In this document: piece after piece, positions 50,891 to 64,000 of the stretch | Position numbering within the stretch: position 1 is the first letter of the stretch | How the letters are laid out: each line of letters begins with the position of its first letter | Assembly (NCBI GenBank): GCA_963842525.1 | Contig: CAWJGT010000014.1 | Coordinates: 32,001-96,000, forward strand | Direction of reading: 5' to 3' | Length of the DNA: 64,000 nt | Origin: an uncultured Holophagales bacterium | Lineage (GTDB): Bacteria; Acidobacteriota; Thermoanaerobaculia; Multivoradales; UBA5704 | Program-made: the position numbers and the translations under genes | The notes under the pieces: generated by a model | Database searches by the model: none | What the model saw: the letters and a program-made list of their open reading frames with translations, nothing else | Told to the model about the DNA's origin: nothing

Positions 50891-51670
50891 CTACCCCACG
50901 AGATACCCCGCCGCCCGCATCTCCTCGAACAAGCCGGCCGGCAGCCCCGTGCGCGTGCAGAGATCCTCCACGGAGCTCTCTCCGTCGCACGCGGCAAGCG
51001 CCCTCCCCTGCCCGGCGGGGATCGACTTCATCGCCACCCGGCCCACGCCCGAGGCCGTGAGGAGCAGCCAGTGTTCCCCTTCCGGCAGGCCGTCCGGAGC
51101 CTGCTTCGCATCGAGAGCCTGGAGCACGGCGTCCGGATCGTGCCGGTAGCGGACCACCCGGCAGAGAGGATGGAGACGGAGGACGCAGGCGTCCGGAGCG
51201 GCGGTGGAGGGGGGCTCCGCGGGCGGCTGCCAGGCGCCGCCGGCTCGCCCCAGGTGGAGCATCGCCACCTCCGTCTCCAGCACCTCCTTGACGAAGCCGT
51301 TCACCAGACTGCCGTCGCGGAGCCGGGCGACGAGAAAATCCGCGAAGCTCAAGGCCTCGCGCAGGTAGATCTGCGTCTCCGGGGGGTGCTCGCTCCAGTA
51401 GGCCTGCACCATCTCCTTGAGCCCGCGCGGGCCGAGCACCCGGCAGGTGCGCGGCAGGGTGTTCGAGAGCATGCTCAGGCGGTTGGCGCGGTGGAGCATC
51501 GTCCCGGTCCGCAGCCTCGGGTCCTTCGCCAGCGTTTCGAGACGCCGCCGCTCCCGTGCGGAGAGGTCGAACGCGGCGAGGCTCTGCTCCGGGTCTTCGG
51601 CGACCCGCGCCCGGAAGGCGGACGACATCACCAGCTCGGAAAACGCCTGCTGGAAACCTTGGAGAGACAC
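50891..51670 (-). CDS. Putative MNIO partner protein (DUF2063/HvfC-like RiPP-recognition chaperone)
   Basis: Directly downstream of DUF692. MSLQGFQQAF...LSNTLPRT..VLG.....MVQAYW..HP......EA..FADFL pattern and a winged-helix-like C-terminus. Confidence 0.7.
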   Translation of the reverse strand: MSLQGFQQAFSELVMSSAFRARVAEDPEQSLAAFDLSARERRRLETLAKDPRLRTGTMLHRANRLSMLSNTLPRTCRVLGPRGLKEMVQAYWSEHPPETQIYLREALSFADFLVARLRDGSLVNGFVKEVLETEVAMLHLGRAGGAWQPPAEPPSTAAPDACVLRLHPLCRVVRYRHDPDAVLQALDAKQAPDGLPEGEHWLLLTASGVGRVAMKSIPAGQGRALAACDGESSVEDLCTRTGLPAGLFEEMRAAGYLVG

Positions 51671-51679
51671 CGGATGCGG

Positions 51680-52586
51680 TCAGGCGCGGCGGTCGAGGGC
51701 CTCCCGGGCCTTGCGCAGCTCCTGGCGCAGCGGCTCGGGGCCGATGCTGGGGAAATAGTTGCCGAACATCTCGAAGACCACCCCCGCCAGGTTCGGCGTC
51801 CGCGGCAGGGTCTCGTCGAGCATCCGCCATACCTCTTCCGGACAGGGGCCGCTGTGCGCGTCGAGGTACACGCCGTCCACCTCCATGCCGCCGCCGAGGT
51901 GGACCTCGACCACGCGCGTGAGATCCAGCCCGTCCAGGAGCTCCATGGGATCGAACCCGTGATTGCGGGCATTGACATAGACGTTGTGGAGGTCGAGCAG
52001 CAGGCCGCAGCCGGTCCGGGCCGACAGCCGGTTGAGGAACTCCGCCTCGCCCATCTCCTGCTCGGGGATGTCGAAGTAGTAGACGTTGTTCTCCAGCAGG
52101 AAGGGGACCGGCACCTCGGCCTGGACGTGCCCGACCCGCTCGCTGAGCATGTCGAGCACCGCCTCGTCATACGGCACCGGCAGGGTCAGGCCGACGTCGA
52201 CCGAATGGCCCGACGGGCTCTCCAGCCGGATGAACGAGAGGTGGTCGCTGTGCCAGGGGAATCCGTAGCGCCGCTGCCAGGCGGAGATCTGGTCCACGTG
52301 CCCGGTGTTCGAACCGGTCTGCGCTGCCGATCGACAGGCCGACACTGTGGGCCACAATGGGCTTGTGCTCCGCGACCCGGTCGAGAAACGGCTTCGAGTC
52401 CGGGTTCTCGCGATAGCGGCCGGGCGTCCCGGTCCCCTGGTCGGTCCAGAAGATGTCGGGGATGATCTCCAGGAAGTCGAAGCTGTCGAGGTTCTCGAGG
52501 ACGAAGTCGCGCAGCGGTCCCTGGTAGGAAAGGCCCACGCCGAGCTTCGGCAATGCGTCGAGACGGTTGTTGGGGAGGCTGGACAT
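51680..52586 (-). CDS. DUF692 multinuclear non-heme iron-dependent oxidative enzyme (MNIO), frameshift at ~52308
   Basis: GVGLSY, DFLEI, HSVGLSIGS, WHSDHLSF, LLENNVYY, LLLDLHNVYVNARN, EVHLGGG, YLDAHS and VVFE. Confidence 0.9.
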
Positions 52587-52643
52587 CAGGCTCCTGGTGT
52601 GGAACGCGCACGCCCGGAGGCGTGCGCGCATCACGGCCAGTCG

Positions 52644-52799
52644 TCAGTCGAAGAGGGCTTCCTGGAAGCCGCCGTCGCCGATGATCGTCGGATCGACGCC
52701 GGACAGGCAGGTCGGGCAGCTCTCGGTGGGGACCTTCGTCAAGTGCTCGGGGGCGTTGACCTCGGCCTTCTCTTCGACTTCCATGACTCTGTTCTCCAT
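52644..52799 (-). CDS. Putative RiPP precursor peptide 2 (51 aa): MENRVMEVEEKAEVNAPEHLTKVPTESCPTCLSGVDPTIIGDGGFQEALFD
   Basis: Manual translation; RBS AAAGGAGG; paralog of 52877..53032; immediately upstream of DUF692; below the ORF-track length cutoff. Confidence 0.88.
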   Translation of the reverse strand: MENRVMEVEEKAEVNAPEHLTKVPTESCPTCLSGVDPTIIGDGGFQEALFD

Positions 52800-52876
52800 C
52801 GGCTCCTCCTTTAGGGGCTCGGGCGTTCTACTTTCTTTAGGTGCGCGGTTGCGATCTTTCCGGGACCAGCCGGTCG

Positions 52877-53032
52877 TCAGTCGACGAGAGCTTCCTGGAA
52901 GCCGCCGTCGCCGATGATCGTCGGATCGATGCCGGACCTGCAGGTCGGGCAGCTCTCGGTGGGGACGATCGCCGCGAGCTCGGGGGTGTTGACCTCCGGC
53001 TTCTCTTCGACGTTCATGACCTTGTTCTCCAT
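52877..53032 (-). CDS. Putative RiPP precursor peptide 1 (51 aa): MENKVMNVEEKPEVNTPELAAIVPTESCPTCRSGIDPTIIGDGGFQEALVD
   Basis: Manual translation; RBS AAAGGAGG; C-terminal half nearly identical to the other copy. Confidence 0.88.
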   Translation of the reverse strand: MENKVMNVEEKPEVNTPELAAIVPTESCPTCRSGIDPTIIGDGGFQEALVD

Positions 53033-53116
53033 GCGAAACCTCCTTTGGCAGGGCTTATGCGCCCTACCCTCTCTAGGTGCACGAAGACGCCCTTTCCGGG
53101 ACCGGCCAGGGCGTTC

Positions 53117-64000
<10,884 letters not shown>

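Noticed and set aside
21418-53032. Link between the DPxGG propeptides and the MNIO precursors (both contain Cys, DP and GG)
   Set aside because: Cys spacing differs (C-x7-C versus CxxC), signal peptides are present in only one set, and the loci are about 28 kb apart with separate partner genes.

Overview
GC-rich bacterial chromosome segment. It is probably Acidobacteriota (Thermoanaerobaculia-like), inferred from two ADOP-type permeases and many GC-rich palindromic repeats. From left to right it contains: an ABC-2 exporter; a thrA-remnant/thrB/thrC operon with a duplicated Uma2 endonuclease cassette; a five-gene cluster of di-heme cytochromes c (three RoxA/MauG-like); an accessory island (about 17.3-27.8 kb) with three TPR proteins, each next to a small secreted propeptide carrying GCx[IL/V]DPxGGC motifs, plus XRE-HTH genes and a 63-bp hairpin array; housekeeping genes (yhbY, ADOP permease, SDR, DegV fusion, EEP, YfhO, DinB); and the end of a large minus-strand biosynthetic region. 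That region holds an NRPS with an embedded O-methyltransferase, two 51-aa CPTC precursor peptides absent from the ORF track, a DUF692/MNIO enzyme and its partner, a glycosyltransferase-C-A-T NRPS and an atypical SHMT. The best candidates for undescribed systems are the MNIO RiPP locus and the TPR/propeptide pairs, which resemble RRNPP-type peptide signalling. Several genes carry single-base frameshifts that may be sequencing errors. No rRNA, tRNA or CRISPR array was recognised. All family assignments come from motifs read by eye, not from database searches.
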